Origin: Candidatus Micrarchaeota archaeon
GTDB taxonomy: Archaea > Micrarchaeota > Micrarchaeia > Anstonellales > Bilamarchaeaceae
NCBI GenBank assembly: GCA_038046765.1
Contig: JBBSVN010000012.1
Location: forward strand, 36,044 to 100,043
Length of the DNA stretch: 64,000 nucleotides
Reading direction: 5' to 3'
Shown: positions 39,125 to 49,306 of the stretch, one piece after another
How positions within the stretch are numbered: the first letter of the stretch is position 1
Layout: each line of letters opens with the position of its first letter
Made by a program: the position numbers and the translations under genes
The notes under the pieces: generated by a model
What the model was told of the DNA's origin: nothing
Databases searched by the model: none
The model's input: only the letters and a program-made list of their open reading frames with translations

Positions 39125-40797
39125 CTTTTTTCATTAAGTTCAGCAAGTTCTCCAGTGTCAACGGTTTTCGCAATACTCTGGATTTTAAGCGCTAAAACTA
39201 CTGATACAACTACCAATACCAATATATCAAAAAGCGTAATTGCTTCGGATATAAGCGGGATGTCCACACCAAGCGCAACTGGTAAAAGTACAATTCCGTT
39301 TTCCATTATCAAAAATCCTAACATCTGTAAAAGAATGTGCGTTTTTGTTGAAATAATTAAAAGACCTATTAAAATTATTGAAAGTGCAATTGGTAAAACT
39401 ATTCCTGCAGTCAGGCTTGAACCCACTAAAAATGATACGGAAATAAGTAACACTGAAATTACTAATGCTGTCGTAGTTGTAACTGGCGCATCGATAAATA
39501 ATGGGTCGATATCGATTAAGCTTCTTAATTTCACATTCGTGTGCTTTAGTACATCGGTTATTCCCTCTGGTGTGAGGTTCGTTTTATCAAGTAAATTCTC
39601 TCCTTTTGCCATCTGGTTAAAAATTCGATATATCAAAAGCGGTAAAATTATTACCTTTAAAATTACTGTAATGCCTAGTCTTAAATAGCTGTCAACTGAA
39701 CCTGTTTTAACTGCTATAAGTGCAAAAATTATTCCAAGTGCAACGTTTTGCAATAAATATATCTCTATTCTTCTTTTGAACGTCGCTCCAAAAAGGAAAT
39801 ATAAATTGCTTATTAGCATTACGCAAAGTAATATTGGGACTGTACCGTTTGCGTTTGGGTCTGGATTAATATGTATTAAAAATGCGAATACTGCCAAATT
39901 CAAGGCAAAGACAAGAAGCTCGGCAACTTTAAATAATCTGACCTTGACGCTAAATGATTCAACTATTGCTGTAATTACTCCCAAAACTAGTACTGTTGCT
40001 AAAATTGCGGCTGTTCGGGATATCGGGTCGCTAAATAATGCAAGCGGAAAAAATAAATTTGCAAAAAGCGTGAAAAATAAAAACATTTTTGAAGCTTGCG
40101 CCCATTCTATAAGTCCAAGGCTTGGGCCAGAATTTTCAAGAATCATTGCCTCGTGGACCATTGTTAGTTCTAGGTGTGTAGCTGGGTTATCAAAAGGAAG
40201 TCTGCCCATTTCAGCTAGCATCAATATAAATAATGCGGCAGCTGCTAAATAAAATGTTGGCGAACTAAGAATTCCGAACCAGTTGTTTGGTCCATTTGCA
40301 GTGAATATCATTAAGTTGGTACTTCCTGAAAATAATACTAAAAATAAAATTGCTGCAAAAAGGACTGGTTCAATTAAAACAGAATATAATGATTCCCTGC
40401 TTGAGCCTAATCCTCCAAATGCGCTAGCTGCATCCAGGCCAGATAAGATTACTACAAATCTGCCTATTGCAAAAAGATAAACGAATATTATTATGTCTGC
40501 TACAAATGGCGGAACTGCGGTAAATATTGGTAAAAGTAATGTTGCAGCTACTGTTGAAACAAAAATAAAAATCGGTGTCGCTAAAAAGATCCATGAACTA
40601 ATATCGCTTCTAACTGTTCCTTTACTAAATAATTTTACAAGGTCGAAATATGGTTGTATTATTGAAGATCCGCTCCTACCCTGACAATATGCTTTGACTT
40701 TTCTTATGACTCCAACTAGGAGCGGTGAAAGCGCAAAAACAAATAAAATCTGTACAATCATTCCTAAAACTGAAGATATCATTGTCATAAATATCAC
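39121..40797 (-). CDS. NuoH/HyfC-like membrane subunit fused to an additional C-terminal TM domain (HyfE/NuoK-like).
   Basis: RKVKAYCQGRSGSSIIQPYFDLVKLFSKG matches the NuoH RxxAxxQxRxGP...QPxADxxKL motif. The 558 aa length is about HyfC plus HyfE. Confidence 0.7.
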   Translation of the reverse strand: MIFMTMISSVLGMIVQILFVFALSPLLVGVIRKVKAYCQGRSGSSIIQPYFDLVKLFSKGTVRSDISSWIFLATPIFIFVSTVAATLLLPIFTAVPPFVADIIIFVYLFAIGRFVVILSGLDAASAFGGLGSSRESLYSVLIEPVLFAAILFLVLFSGSTNLMIFTANGPNNWFGILSSPTFYLAAAALFILMLAEMGRLPFDNPATHLELTMVHEAMILENSGPSLGLIEWAQASKMFLFFTLFANLFFPLALFSDPISRTAAILATVLVLGVITAIVESFSVKVRLFKVAELLVFALNLAVFAFLIHINPDPNANGTVPILLCVMLISNLYFLFGATFKRRIEIYLLQNVALGIIFALIAVKTGSVDSYLRLGITVILKVIILPLLIYRIFNQMAKGENLLDKTNLTPEGITDVLKHTNVKLRSLIDIDPLFIDAPVTTTTALVISVLLISVSFLVGSSLTAGIVLPIALSIILIGLLIISTKTHILLQMLGFLIMENGIVLLPVALGVDIPLISEAITLFDILVLVVVSVVLALKIQSIAKTVDTGELAELNEKR

Positions 40798-42773
40798 ACC
40801 ATAACTGCGTAAATAAGAATTGCAACCATGACAAATAGCATGTACATCAAGTAATGTAATAATTTTCCTGTCTGGAATATTGAAGACCTGGACGAAATTG
40901 CTCTAAATCCATTTTCTATTGGCTTATAAATAACTGCCTCGAAAAATGCAGGCCCATACGCATTCTTTTCTGTATTAAGCGGATTAAGCCATCTGTTTAA
41001 TGCCCTTTGAATTGGCATTGAAATTCCTATTGGGGTATATTCCATTTTTGATTCTACTTTATGTATTCCGCAATCCCATGTAACCCTAGTAACATCATTT
41101 GCTTTTGTAAATGCTCGAATAATCCAGAGGAATGCAAAAACTGCAATTGTCGCCCCTAATAAAACCAATACGATTCCAAATGAAGGAAGGGTAAATACAA
41201 CTTTTGATGTTGCGCTCATATCGCTAATATTTAACTTTGCAAACATCGGGCTAATTATCGAAAATATTATTGTTGGGAAAACTCCCGCTATAATACACGC
41301 AATTACTAGTATGATCATTCCTATGTGCATTAACGAACCTACTTCTTTAGCGTGTTCAACATGTTCGCTTCTAGGTAATCCTAAAAATACCATTCCAAAT
41401 GCCTTAACAAAAGCTGCTAATGCCAGTGCACTTGTAAATGCGAGGACTAAAACAACTGCACCAAATAAGAATGCAATTAATTTAGGAAGTGCTAATCCTG
41501 ACAAAAGTGCCTGGAACATAGTCCATTCGCTTGCAAAACCATTTAATGGTGGCAAAGCAGAAATTGCTGCTACGCCGACAAAGAACAAAATTGCAACTAC
41601 TGGTAGTTTCTTTATCAACCCACCCATTGCGTTCATGTCTTTAGTGTGTGTTGCGTAAGCAACTGCTCCTGCTCCTGTAAATAAAAGACTTTTGAAAAGC
41701 GCGTGATTTAATGAATGGTAAAGTGCTGCAAATAATGCTAATGCTGCTAATGCGTCCATGTTTAAACTATGAAATAATACTGCAGCTCCAATTCCTAAGA
41801 AGATAATTCCTATGTTTTCTACACTTGAATAAGCGAGAAGTCGTTTTAAATCTTTTTGAATTATCGCATATAATACTCCGAATACGCAGGACACTGCTGC
41901 TAATAATAATAATAAAATTCCCCACCAGAAATGGAATGGAGTTGCACCTAAAAAGTCAAATAATACCCGAATTATTCCGTAAATTGCTACTTTTAACATT
42001 ACTGCGCTCATTAAAGCGGATATATTACTTGGTGCCTGGGGGTGTGCTTCTGGTAACCATGTATGAAATGGCATTAAACCAGCTTTTGATGTAAACGCGA
42101 TTACTGCCAACACAAAAATGATACTTGCTAACATGGGTGTTAAACTAATTGTTCTAAATCCGGCAAAGTCCATGTTTCCTGAAAATCCAGTGAAAACCAG
42201 GAACATTAAAATTAATGCAACTGCACCGATATGCGTTATTAGTAAGTATATAAAACCAGCATCTTTTGTTTTTGCTTCCTTGCTTTCATATGTTACAAGG
42301 AAAAATGAGCTAAGTGCCATTAGTTCCCAAAAAATTAAAAAAAGAAGACCGTTTTGAGAAGTTACAACTGCAATCATAGACAAAATAAAAATATTATAAA
42401 GAAAACCAAATAACGCGTTACTATATCCTTTTTCCTGGTACTCTTTCATGTAATCTATTGAATATATCGAAACTGCTAGTCCAACTAAAGAAATTAATAA
42501 TATGAAAAATCCAGAAAGCGCGTCAATACTAAAAGTTAAATTTCCAATCGGGGCAAAATTTCCCAAGTTTAATGGTGCAATATTTGTGCCCATCATTACC
42601 ATAAGCCCAGCTATTACTCCAATAATGCAACCTAAGATTGCAAATAAAAATGAAAGTTGCCTGCATAAATTTTTCCATTTGGATAAAACAAGCGACACTA
42701 AAGAACCAAATAAAAATAAAACAAAAAGGCCTAATAAACTCTGAGCGGTAAAAAGTTCAATCAAATTAACCAT
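40794..42773 (-). CDS. NuoL/HyfB/MrpA-like antiporter-type large membrane subunit.
   Basis: 659 aa polytopic protein with HTWLPEAHPQAP, a PF00361 core. It is the first gene of the operon. Confidence 0.75.
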   Translation of the reverse strand: MVNLIELFTAQSLLGLFVLFLFGSLVSLVLSKWKNLCRQLSFLFAILGCIIGVIAGLMVMMGTNIAPLNLGNFAPIGNLTFSIDALSGFFILLISLVGLAVSIYSIDYMKEYQEKGYSNALFGFLYNIFILSMIAVVTSQNGLLFLIFWELMALSSFFLVTYESKEAKTKDAGFIYLLITHIGAVALILMFLVFTGFSGNMDFAGFRTISLTPMLASIIFVLAVIAFTSKAGLMPFHTWLPEAHPQAPSNISALMSAVMLKVAIYGIIRVLFDFLGATPFHFWWGILLLLLAAVSCVFGVLYAIIQKDLKRLLAYSSVENIGIIFLGIGAAVLFHSLNMDALAALALFAALYHSLNHALFKSLLFTGAGAVAYATHTKDMNAMGGLIKKLPVVAILFFVGVAAISALPPLNGFASEWTMFQALLSGLALPKLIAFLFGAVVLVLAFTSALALAAFVKAFGMVFLGLPRSEHVEHAKEVGSLMHIGMIILVIACIIAGVFPTIIFSIISPMFAKLNISDMSATSKVVFTLPSFGIVLVLLGATIAVFAFLWIIRAFTKANDVTRVTWDCGIHKVESKMEYTPIGISMPIQRALNRWLNPLNTEKNAYGPAFFEAVIYKPIENGFRAISSRSSIFQTGKLLHYLMYMLFVMVAILIYAVMV

Positions 42774-43141
42774 ATTCTAACCTACAGTTGGATTTTTTTG
42801 AATAATACCTAATACTTAGAAAGGTAAGTTTTTAAATTAAACACTTGGGCGTTTCGAGCTAAAAATTAGATTTTTTATATCTCGTTTATTCTAAAATCAA
42901 TCAAAATCAAGATACGGTATCCAAACTAAATATATTTGGAACTGCTTATAAATACTTCGCTGATAAATCGCCACTAACTACAATTAAAAAGACAATGCAT
43001 CAAAGTTTTATAAAATCGATAAACGAATTGAAAATAAAAATTAAAATTTGTGTATCATCAATTTAACATAGGTTTATAAACACTTTTAGACAGAAATTAT
43101 CATATATCTTTCAAACAAGTAAAATAAAACAAGGCAAGAAA

Positions 43142-44377
43142 ATGTCTGTAGATTTAAGAAGAATTAGTCACAAACTTAAATTAAGCGAAATGGATATAAG
43201 TGCAATCCCAAGTCTGCGTAGATCTACTACCCCGTTATCTATTCCTCAGTCTGCTTTTGAAATATTTCGTGGCTTTAGCCTATTTAATGAAAGGATTAGG
43301 CCAACTAAACTTCTAGGTGTACGTTTTGAACGAGTTGCTGGTCAGGCCTTTGACAAAAAGGATTTGCATTCCAGGGAAGCTATAAGAAGAAATTTATTAA
43401 GCATAAAACAAAAAGGTGCATTTTTAATTTTAGGTCATGGTGGGGAAATTGGTTGTGGTGCAATTAAGGGAAAGCAAAATCCAAATCCATCCCAACCTCA
43501 ATTAGTAAAAGATTTAGTTGAGCATATATCCGAAAGAGTCATAGGATTAGATGATTTGCAGTATGCTGCTTCTATAGAAAATGCTTTATTTCAAGGCATA
43601 AAAATTTTACACGATCCTGAATTTGCAGCAATAATTAAAGAAAAAGATATTACTGTTGTTTATGCTGTTTGCAATGGTGATGCCAACTATTCCTATAATG
43701 CCTTAAATAAAGGGCTTAATGAAAATGCACTTCTATTTAAGCACCCAAAGTTACAGCAATTAAGAGAACAGTTCCAGCATGGGTTAGCTAAAGTTTCAGA
43801 ATTTGGCATAGATCTTAAGAAACAGTATGCTTATGCTGCATTTGGTTATGATCCAGCTGAACTTGCATCTGTAATAGATAAATATAGCACTGAAATCGAA
43901 CTAGGGGGGGTATGCTGTGTTGATTCAAGACTTCCACCACATACTGGTGTTTACTATTTACTTCGAATTGAACCAAATGAAGCCTTTTCAGGAACATTTC
44001 ATCATTCAATTAGGCCTGATGGTGTTTATCAACCAATAATTTCTAAATTAGCGGCTGGGAGTATAGAATTTGGTCTTCAAAATGTTTGTGGAATAAATAG
44101 TCTAAATCCCGATAATCCTGGAAATGGGCATTTAGTTATGCTTGCAACTAGTCTAGCTAATGCAAGAAAAATGAAAGAAACTGTACTTCAATTCTCTGGT
44201 ACTGCTCGCGCAACAAAAGATGGAAAAACAATTTCACTACTTAGTTTTGATGGAAAAGAGTTAGTAATGCAAAATGATTCTCTTGGTTTTGATTTGGTTG
44301 CATCTTATGATTCTCCCGCTCAAATACTTACGCGACCTCCATCTGAATTTGCAGAACTTATGGATCAACGAGCCTAG
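43142..44377 (+). CDS. Hypothetical protein with weak beta-CA-like features, divergently transcribed from the complex-I-like operon.
   Basis: RFERVAGQAF (RNAGN-like) and LILGHGGEIGCGAIKG (GH..CGA with a 3-aa insertion). The first Cys ligand is absent. Confidence 0.35.
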   Translation: MSVDLRRISHKLKLSEMDISAIPSLRRSTTPLSIPQSAFEIFRGFSLFNERIRPTKLLGVRFERVAGQAFDKKDLHSREAIRRNLLSIKQKGAFLILGHGGEIGCGAIKGKQNPNPSQPQLVKDLVEHISERVIGLDDLQYAASIENALFQGIKILHDPEFAAIIKEKDITVVYAVCNGDANYSYNALNKGLNENALLFKHPKLQQLREQFQHGLAKVSEFGIDLKKQYAYAAFGYDPAELASVIDKYSTEIELGGVCCVDSRLPPHTGVYYLLRIEPNEAFSGTFHHSIRPDGVYQPIISKLAAGSIEFGLQNVCGINSLNPDNPGNGHLVMLATSLANARKMKETVLQFSGTARATKDGKTISLLSFDGKELVMQNDSLGFDLVASYDSPAQILTRPPSEFAELMDQRA

Positions 44378-44386
44378 AATAAGTAA

Positions 44387-45583
44387 TTATAATCCAAAAT
44401 TCTTCTTCATAATCTGCGAAACGATTTTTGGTTCTAAGCCTAATCTGATTAAAGTCGTATGTCCTCTTTGACCTTTTGTACTAGGTGTTGTCATAATTAA
44501 ACCTAAGGTTTCTAAATCTTTTAAGTATTCATGATACCATCTAACGCTTCTAGCTCTCTTCTTTAATTTCTTACAAATTAGTTCGTATTCTTCGTAAACT
44601 TCGCCAGACATTAAGAAGTTTTCTTCTCCAACATCAAGCCTAGAATACTTTGTACCATTTAAAATTAAATCTGAAATTGCCAGTAAAAGCATCTGGTGGT
44701 TTTCTGGTAAAGTTGCAAGTGTTTCCTGTGCAATATCTAATTCTACCTTTCGTCTTGCTGATTCAACTTCCTCATCAGTTACTTTTGTTTTATTATTTTG
44801 TTCAGCAGATTCTCCTGCTTTAAGGAGTATTTTTAACGCATATCTAGCATCCCCGCTTTCTTGCGCTGTTATTGCTGCTGCCAGATTTATTGCAGATTGC
44901 TGTACTACATTATCCTTAAATGCTTTTTCAGCGCGCTGTGCTAAAATCTTTTTTAATTGCTCGCTAGTATAAGGAGGAAAAACTATTTCAGTTTCGTTTA
45001 AACTGCTTTTACTTCTTTGGTCTAAACCCTGCTTAAACGTAAGTTTGTTTGAAATTCCGATTAGCGATACGCCTCCTTTACGAAGTTCGTCATTTACCCT
45101 AGTTAATGTGTAAACCATGTCGTCAAGATCTTTTATTATATCAATTTCATCAAGTACAACTATCATTACGATTCCTTTATCGCAAATCTCAATAAGTTTC
45201 TCGTATAAAAAGGTTAATCCAAATCCTGCTTTTTCAAGTTCTGGTACAAACTGCTTTAGGATTTTTTGCATTACCCTATATCTTGAATTATATATTCTGC
45301 AATTGACATAACTAATATACGCGTTATTTCTTGAAGAGCCAAATTTTTCCATCACATGTTTTACTGTTGCTGTTTTTCCGCAACCTGTTTTGCCGTATAT
45401 AAAAATGTTTTTTGATCTTTGGCCTTTAATCGCGGGACTAACTAGGGACATTATTTCCTTTATTTCTTTTCCACGAAACGGCAGTGCTTTTGGTACGAAG
45501 TGTGGTGAAAGTATCGATGCATCCTTAAATACTTTACTCTCTGTTAAAAATTCGTCAAAGGAGTCTTCGGTCATATTTTTCAC
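44387..45583 (-). CDS. cdc6: Orc1/Cdc6 replication initiator (AAA+ domain plus winged helix).
   Basis: Walker A GKTGCGKT, Walker B VVLDEIDII, sensor motifs and a C-terminal wH. Confidence 0.85.
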   Translation of the reverse strand: MKNMTEDSFDEFLTESKVFKDASILSPHFVPKALPFRGKEIKEIMSLVSPAIKGQRSKNIFIYGKTGCGKTATVKHVMEKFGSSRNNAYISYVNCRIYNSRYRVMQKILKQFVPELEKAGFGLTFLYEKLIEICDKGIVMIVVLDEIDIIKDLDDMVYTLTRVNDELRKGGVSLIGISNKLTFKQGLDQRSKSSLNETEIVFPPYTSEQLKKILAQRAEKAFKDNVVQQSAINLAAAITAQESGDARYALKILLKAGESAEQNNKTKVTDEEVESARRKVELDIAQETLATLPENHQMLLLAISDLILNGTKYSRLDVGEENFLMSGEVYEEYELICKKLKKRARSVRWYHEYLKDLETLGLIMTTPSTKGQRGHTTLIRLGLEPKIVSQIMKKNFGL

Positions 45584-45792
45584 TGTTATTTTTGTATAAT
45601 CCCTTTAGCTAGTAAGAAATATAAACTACTTTATCAAAGAATTTAATTTAATCAAGCATCTTTTTCTGCTGTTTTGACCATACTTGGTTGGGTGTTCTCT
45701 TAAGCCATGCAACGTATGCATCTATGAATCGTAATCTCTCTTCAAAATTTTTCTTTTGATCATTTCTTAGTTCATTGAGGTCTATATTAATG

Positions 45793-46416
45793 TTAAGATT
45801 TTTTTTCATAATCATCACCTAAATAACTTAACATCTGACTGGGAATTTTTAACACGAATAGTGCTCCTTCAAATATTCTTCTATCAAGTTCCTTATTAAA
45901 AAGTTTATATAAAAATCTGGCATCTTCAATGTCTTTCTGAGCTCCTAAAAATAATTTGTATGCAATCTGAAGTTCAAAGGATGAAAAAAACATTCGATAT
46001 TTGTTATTTAAGTTTATTTGATTTTTTGTTTTAAGTGTTAGCTTGTCAAAATCATTTTTTACAAACTTAAGTTCCATGTTTGGGATAAAGTTATTCTTTT
46101 CATAGAATCTTAATGAAGAATCATTGGATAAATACTCCTTGTAGGCATCCTCCTGATTCTTAGCGTTCATACATTCAAATTTTTGCATTGTCAAACTCCA
46201 GAATTCCTGGAATTTTTTTGAGTCACAACGCTCTATTAAAATGTCAACGTCTTCTGTGTTCCTACTTCTACCAAAAAATATTCCGACATATCCTGATACT
46301 ATTACGTAATCTATGCTTGATTTATCTAACAATTCTATAAACGCTAATACAAAGTTGTCCAAACTAAGAAGCTCTTTTCTAATACTTATGTTACCTTTTA
46401 CGTATTCAATTTCCAT
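45793..46416 (-). CDS. Nucleotidyltransferase-fold protein (minimal polymerase-beta superfamily).
   Basis: VSGYVGIFFGRSRNTEDVDILI is a GS...DxD NTase motif. Confidence 0.5.
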   Translation of the reverse strand: MEIEYVKGNISIRKELLSLDNFVLAFIELLDKSSIDYVIVSGYVGIFFGRSRNTEDVDILIERCDSKKFQEFWSLTMQKFECMNAKNQEDAYKEYLSNDSSLRFYEKNNFIPNMELKFVKNDFDKLTLKTKNQINLNNKYRMFFSSFELQIAYKLFLGAQKDIEDARFLYKLFNKELDRRIFEGALFVLKIPSQMLSYLGDDYEKKS

Positions 46417-46490
46417 AATCTAATTGTTCCTTCTATGCTTATATTTTATTCGGTTAGCAGGTCAAAATTACAAATCTAAATAATCCGTAA

Positions 46491-47312
46491 TTATACTCTT
46501 TCTCCTGCCAAAAATCCAACTAAAAATCCTATAAACGCGGCAGCCAGTCCAATAACCATCATTTCTAAGCCCGTTTTCCACCACGTTCCTAATGTAGTTT
46601 TACCTTTGTATGCGCCTATTGCAAATAGGCTAATTGCAGATACAAAAAGCGATACATAAGACGCGCTAACAACATTCATAAAGAAAAATGGCGTAAGCGG
46701 AATTAATGAACCGACAAATGCCGAGATACCAACAACAATTCCTTCTTTTGTCGGGTTAATATCTGCGCTTTCGGATAATCCTAATTCTTCGGTCATCATT
46801 GTTTCTAACCAAAGTTTTTCATCGCTTATTATGTGCTTTACAATTCCTTCAAGGTCTTTTCCTTTAAATCCCTTTTTCATATAAATTAGTTTTATTTCCT
46901 CTTTTTCAACATCAGGGAATTCTTTTATTTCTTGTCTTTCGCGCTCTAGTTCTTTATAGTAAAAATCCCTTTGAGCTTTTCCAGAGGTATATGCCACTGC
47001 GGCCATACTTATTGATTCGGCAAAAGTAGCAGCTAATCCACCTACAATTACTGCGCCCGCAGCAATGTTCGTGTTAACAATCGCAGCTGCGGCTAGTCCT
47101 AAAACAATTCCTAAAACATTTACTAAGCCGTCTTGTCCGCCTAGTATTACCTGACGTAGTAAAGAACCCTTGTCATTTTGAGGGTGTTCTTCTTTGTGAA
47201 TAATATTTTTGTATGCCTGTTCTAAGGATTTTGCCATAATTAGTTTTTTGCAGTCCTCTTTTTTAAACATCTGGGTTTTTGCAGTCTTACTATAATATTT
47301 AAAAGCATACAT
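46491..47312 (-). CDS. VIT1/CCC1 family iron/manganese transporter homologue.
   Basis: ILGGQDGLVNVLGIVLG (AxxDG..S motif) and C-terminal TM helices. Confidence 0.6.
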   Translation of the reverse strand: MYAFKYYSKTAKTQMFKKEDCKKLIMAKSLEQAYKNIIHKEEHPQNDKGSLLRQVILGGQDGLVNVLGIVLGLAAAAIVNTNIAAGAVIVGGLAATFAESISMAAVAYTSGKAQRDFYYKELERERQEIKEFPDVEKEEIKLIYMKKGFKGKDLEGIVKHIISDEKLWLETMMTEELGLSESADINPTKEGIVVGISAFVGSLIPLTPFFFMNVVSASYVSLFVSAISLFAIGAYKGKTTLGTWWKTGLEMMVIGLAAAFIGFLVGFLAGERV

Positions 47313-47391
47313 GAGATATTATTTGTAAGGTTATTTGGGTGTGTTTCCTAAAATAACTAGTATGATCATAAAAATTTAAGGTGATTTTAAT

Positions 47392-47673
47392 ATGGCAGAT
47401 GATAGTAAAACAATGGCAGCAGTAGCATATGTATTAACCTCGCTTACAGGCATATTGGTATTCTTCATGAAGAAGGATGATGCTTTTGCAAGATTCCACG
47501 CAGTTCAAAGTATTTTGCTTAGTGTCGTTATGATTGTTGTGTCAATGCTTACATTTGGTATTGGCGGTTTGATTCTATACGTATATGGATTATTCTGTGC
47601 ATACAAGGCATACCAAGGAGAAAAGTATATGATTCCAGTAATTGGAAAATATGCTGAACAATACGCTAAATAA
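47392..47673 (+). CDS. Small DUF4870-like membrane protein.
   Basis: AAVAYVLTSLTGILVFF.KKDD.FARFHAVQSILL is the typical DUF4870 pattern. Confidence 0.5.
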   Translation: MADDSKTMAAVAYVLTSLTGILVFFMKKDDAFARFHAVQSILLSVVMIVVSMLTFGIGGLILYVYGLFCAYKAYQGEKYMIPVIGKYAEQYAK

Positions 47674-47697
47674 ATTTTAATTTTCTTTTTAATTTTT

Positions 47698-48333
47698 TTA
47701 TTCTTTTATTTTTCTAATTTTTGAATTCTGAAGTATGGGGACATCTAAATTATAAGTTTTGCTAAATGTTTCTAGCCTTCTTATAAATAACTGCTTCAGT
47801 TCCTCTGAAAGTTTTTGTGAATTTAATTCTTCTAAGATATTATTCCAGTTAAGATTTGAATATAAAACCTCCATGTCGGGTAAATCTCTTTGTCTGCCTT
47901 CACTAGCTAGCCCTTTAAAGAGAAAAATATCTTCTTTTGAAAGCAAATAAACAGATAATTTCGAATATGTTTTATATAATTCTGACCTACCTATCATCGA
48001 TTCAGATATTGTGAGTTTTCCAACTACCTGGCGTATAAATAAGTCGAGATGAAACCCATCTTTATTTTCGTACATTTTTACAGTATTGAGTTTTTCATGT
48101 TCGCTTTTTATTGTTCTTGGCTCGTAGTATTGCGCACCAAATAAAGCCCAGCAAAATGCGTCATAATCTGTTTCATCCTTAAATACAATATCGATGTCCT
48201 TAGTAGTTTCTTTTAAATTCCTAAAGGACATTGCACATCCCCCTATAAGGTATATTGAAACCTGTCTTTGAATTCTTGAACCAATATTGTTTAGTTCATG
48301 GTCAATATAAGACGCATCGAATTGTCTATCCAT
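47698..48333 (-). CDS. Nucleotidyltransferase-fold protein, AbiEii-like candidate toxin.
   Basis: IGGCAMSFRNLKETTKDIDIVF NTase motif. Overlaps the upstream wHTH gene by 8 nt. Confidence 0.5.
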   Translation of the reverse strand: MDRQFDASYIDHELNNIGSRIQRQVSIYLIGGCAMSFRNLKETTKDIDIVFKDETDYDAFCWALFGAQYYEPRTIKSEHEKLNTVKMYENKDGFHLDLFIRQVVGKLTISESMIGRSELYKTYSKLSVYLLSKEDIFLFKGLASEGRQRDLPDMEVLYSNLNWNNILEELNSQKLSEELKQLFIRRLETFSKTYNLDVPILQNSKIRKIKE

Positions 48334-49306
48334 AGACTATCGCCTCAATTTCTTCCCAGGACGGGAACCCTATAAATGTTTTCGCTCCTTTAGATTCAAT
48401 AAAGTCCATCAGATTCTTCAGACTTTGGTCGGTTATCCCAAACCGATACCTTACTTTTAAGAGTTGTTCATATTGGACTTTGTTTTTTAATATCAAACCG
48501 CATACATATGCTAAGCTCCTAACATCAAGCCATTTTTGAGGAATGTTGCCTACAGATAAAGTTAGTATATGAATTATTACATTCTCTATCTTAGGTTTAA
48601 TGTTCGTATAATAATTATTTTTTGTTCTTATCAAGTTTACACCATATTTAGATAATAAATTGTATGCAGTCAAATAGTAATTTTGGGGATGAATTTCCTC
48701 TTTGGTTACAAGGAGAATTTCCCATTTTGTTGGCCCCTTACATATATTGAAGGAGTTTGTAAAACCCATTTCTTTTTTTGCATATTCTAAATGTATTATA
48801 TATAATAAAGAGGTGCAAAAAAGCGAGAGAGGTTCAATCTCATTACGCAGCTGGTAGATCCCTTTTCTTTTCATAAATACAATTCCCAAACCCCTTAATC
48901 TTTTAATAATTCTTTTTGCACTGGCAGGAGCTAGCTCAGTATCCTTGATTTTAAATTCGACCATATTTCCGTTTTGCTTTAGATTAAAGTAGCTGATTAT
49001 ATATGGCATTTTTCCAATTAGAGAAGAATAGATTACCTCATCAATATTCGAGTTATTTAAAGTAGTGTCCTGAAGCAGCGGATTTCTTATTTTGTTATAT
49101 TCAGAAAAAAAATATTGAGATATTGAAACCTTATTTTCTTTGCCTATTTTTTTTATTGCTATCAAGCCAAAAGAGTATAAATCTCTAATATATTTACTTA
49201 AATTGGTTTTCTTTAGATTTAACTCTAAACCTAGCTCAGATTGACCAAGCTCCTGCTTTTGCATAATTTTTTTAAGTAATTTAACATGTGTTGGTTTTAG
49301 AAACAT
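48326..49306 (-). CDS. Winged-HTH protein, AbiEi-like candidate antitoxin/regulator.
   Basis: N-terminal LGQSELGLELNLKKTNLSKYIRDLYSFGLI wHTH. Translationally coupled to the NTase. Confidence 0.45.
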   Translation of the reverse strand: MFLKPTHVKLLKKIMQKQELGQSELGLELNLKKTNLSKYIRDLYSFGLIAIKKIGKENKVSISQYFFSEYNKIRNPLLQDTTLNNSNIDEVIYSSLIGKMPYIISYFNLKQNGNMVEFKIKDTELAPASAKRIIKRLRGLGIVFMKRKGIYQLRNEIEPLSLFCTSLLYIIHLEYAKKEMGFTNSFNICKGPTKWEILLVTKEEIHPQNYYLTAYNLLSKYGVNLIRTKNNYYTNIKPKIENVIIHILTLSVGNIPQKWLDVRSLAYVCGLILKNKVQYEQLLKVRYRFGITDQSLKNLMDFIESKGAKTFIGFPSWEEIEAIVYG

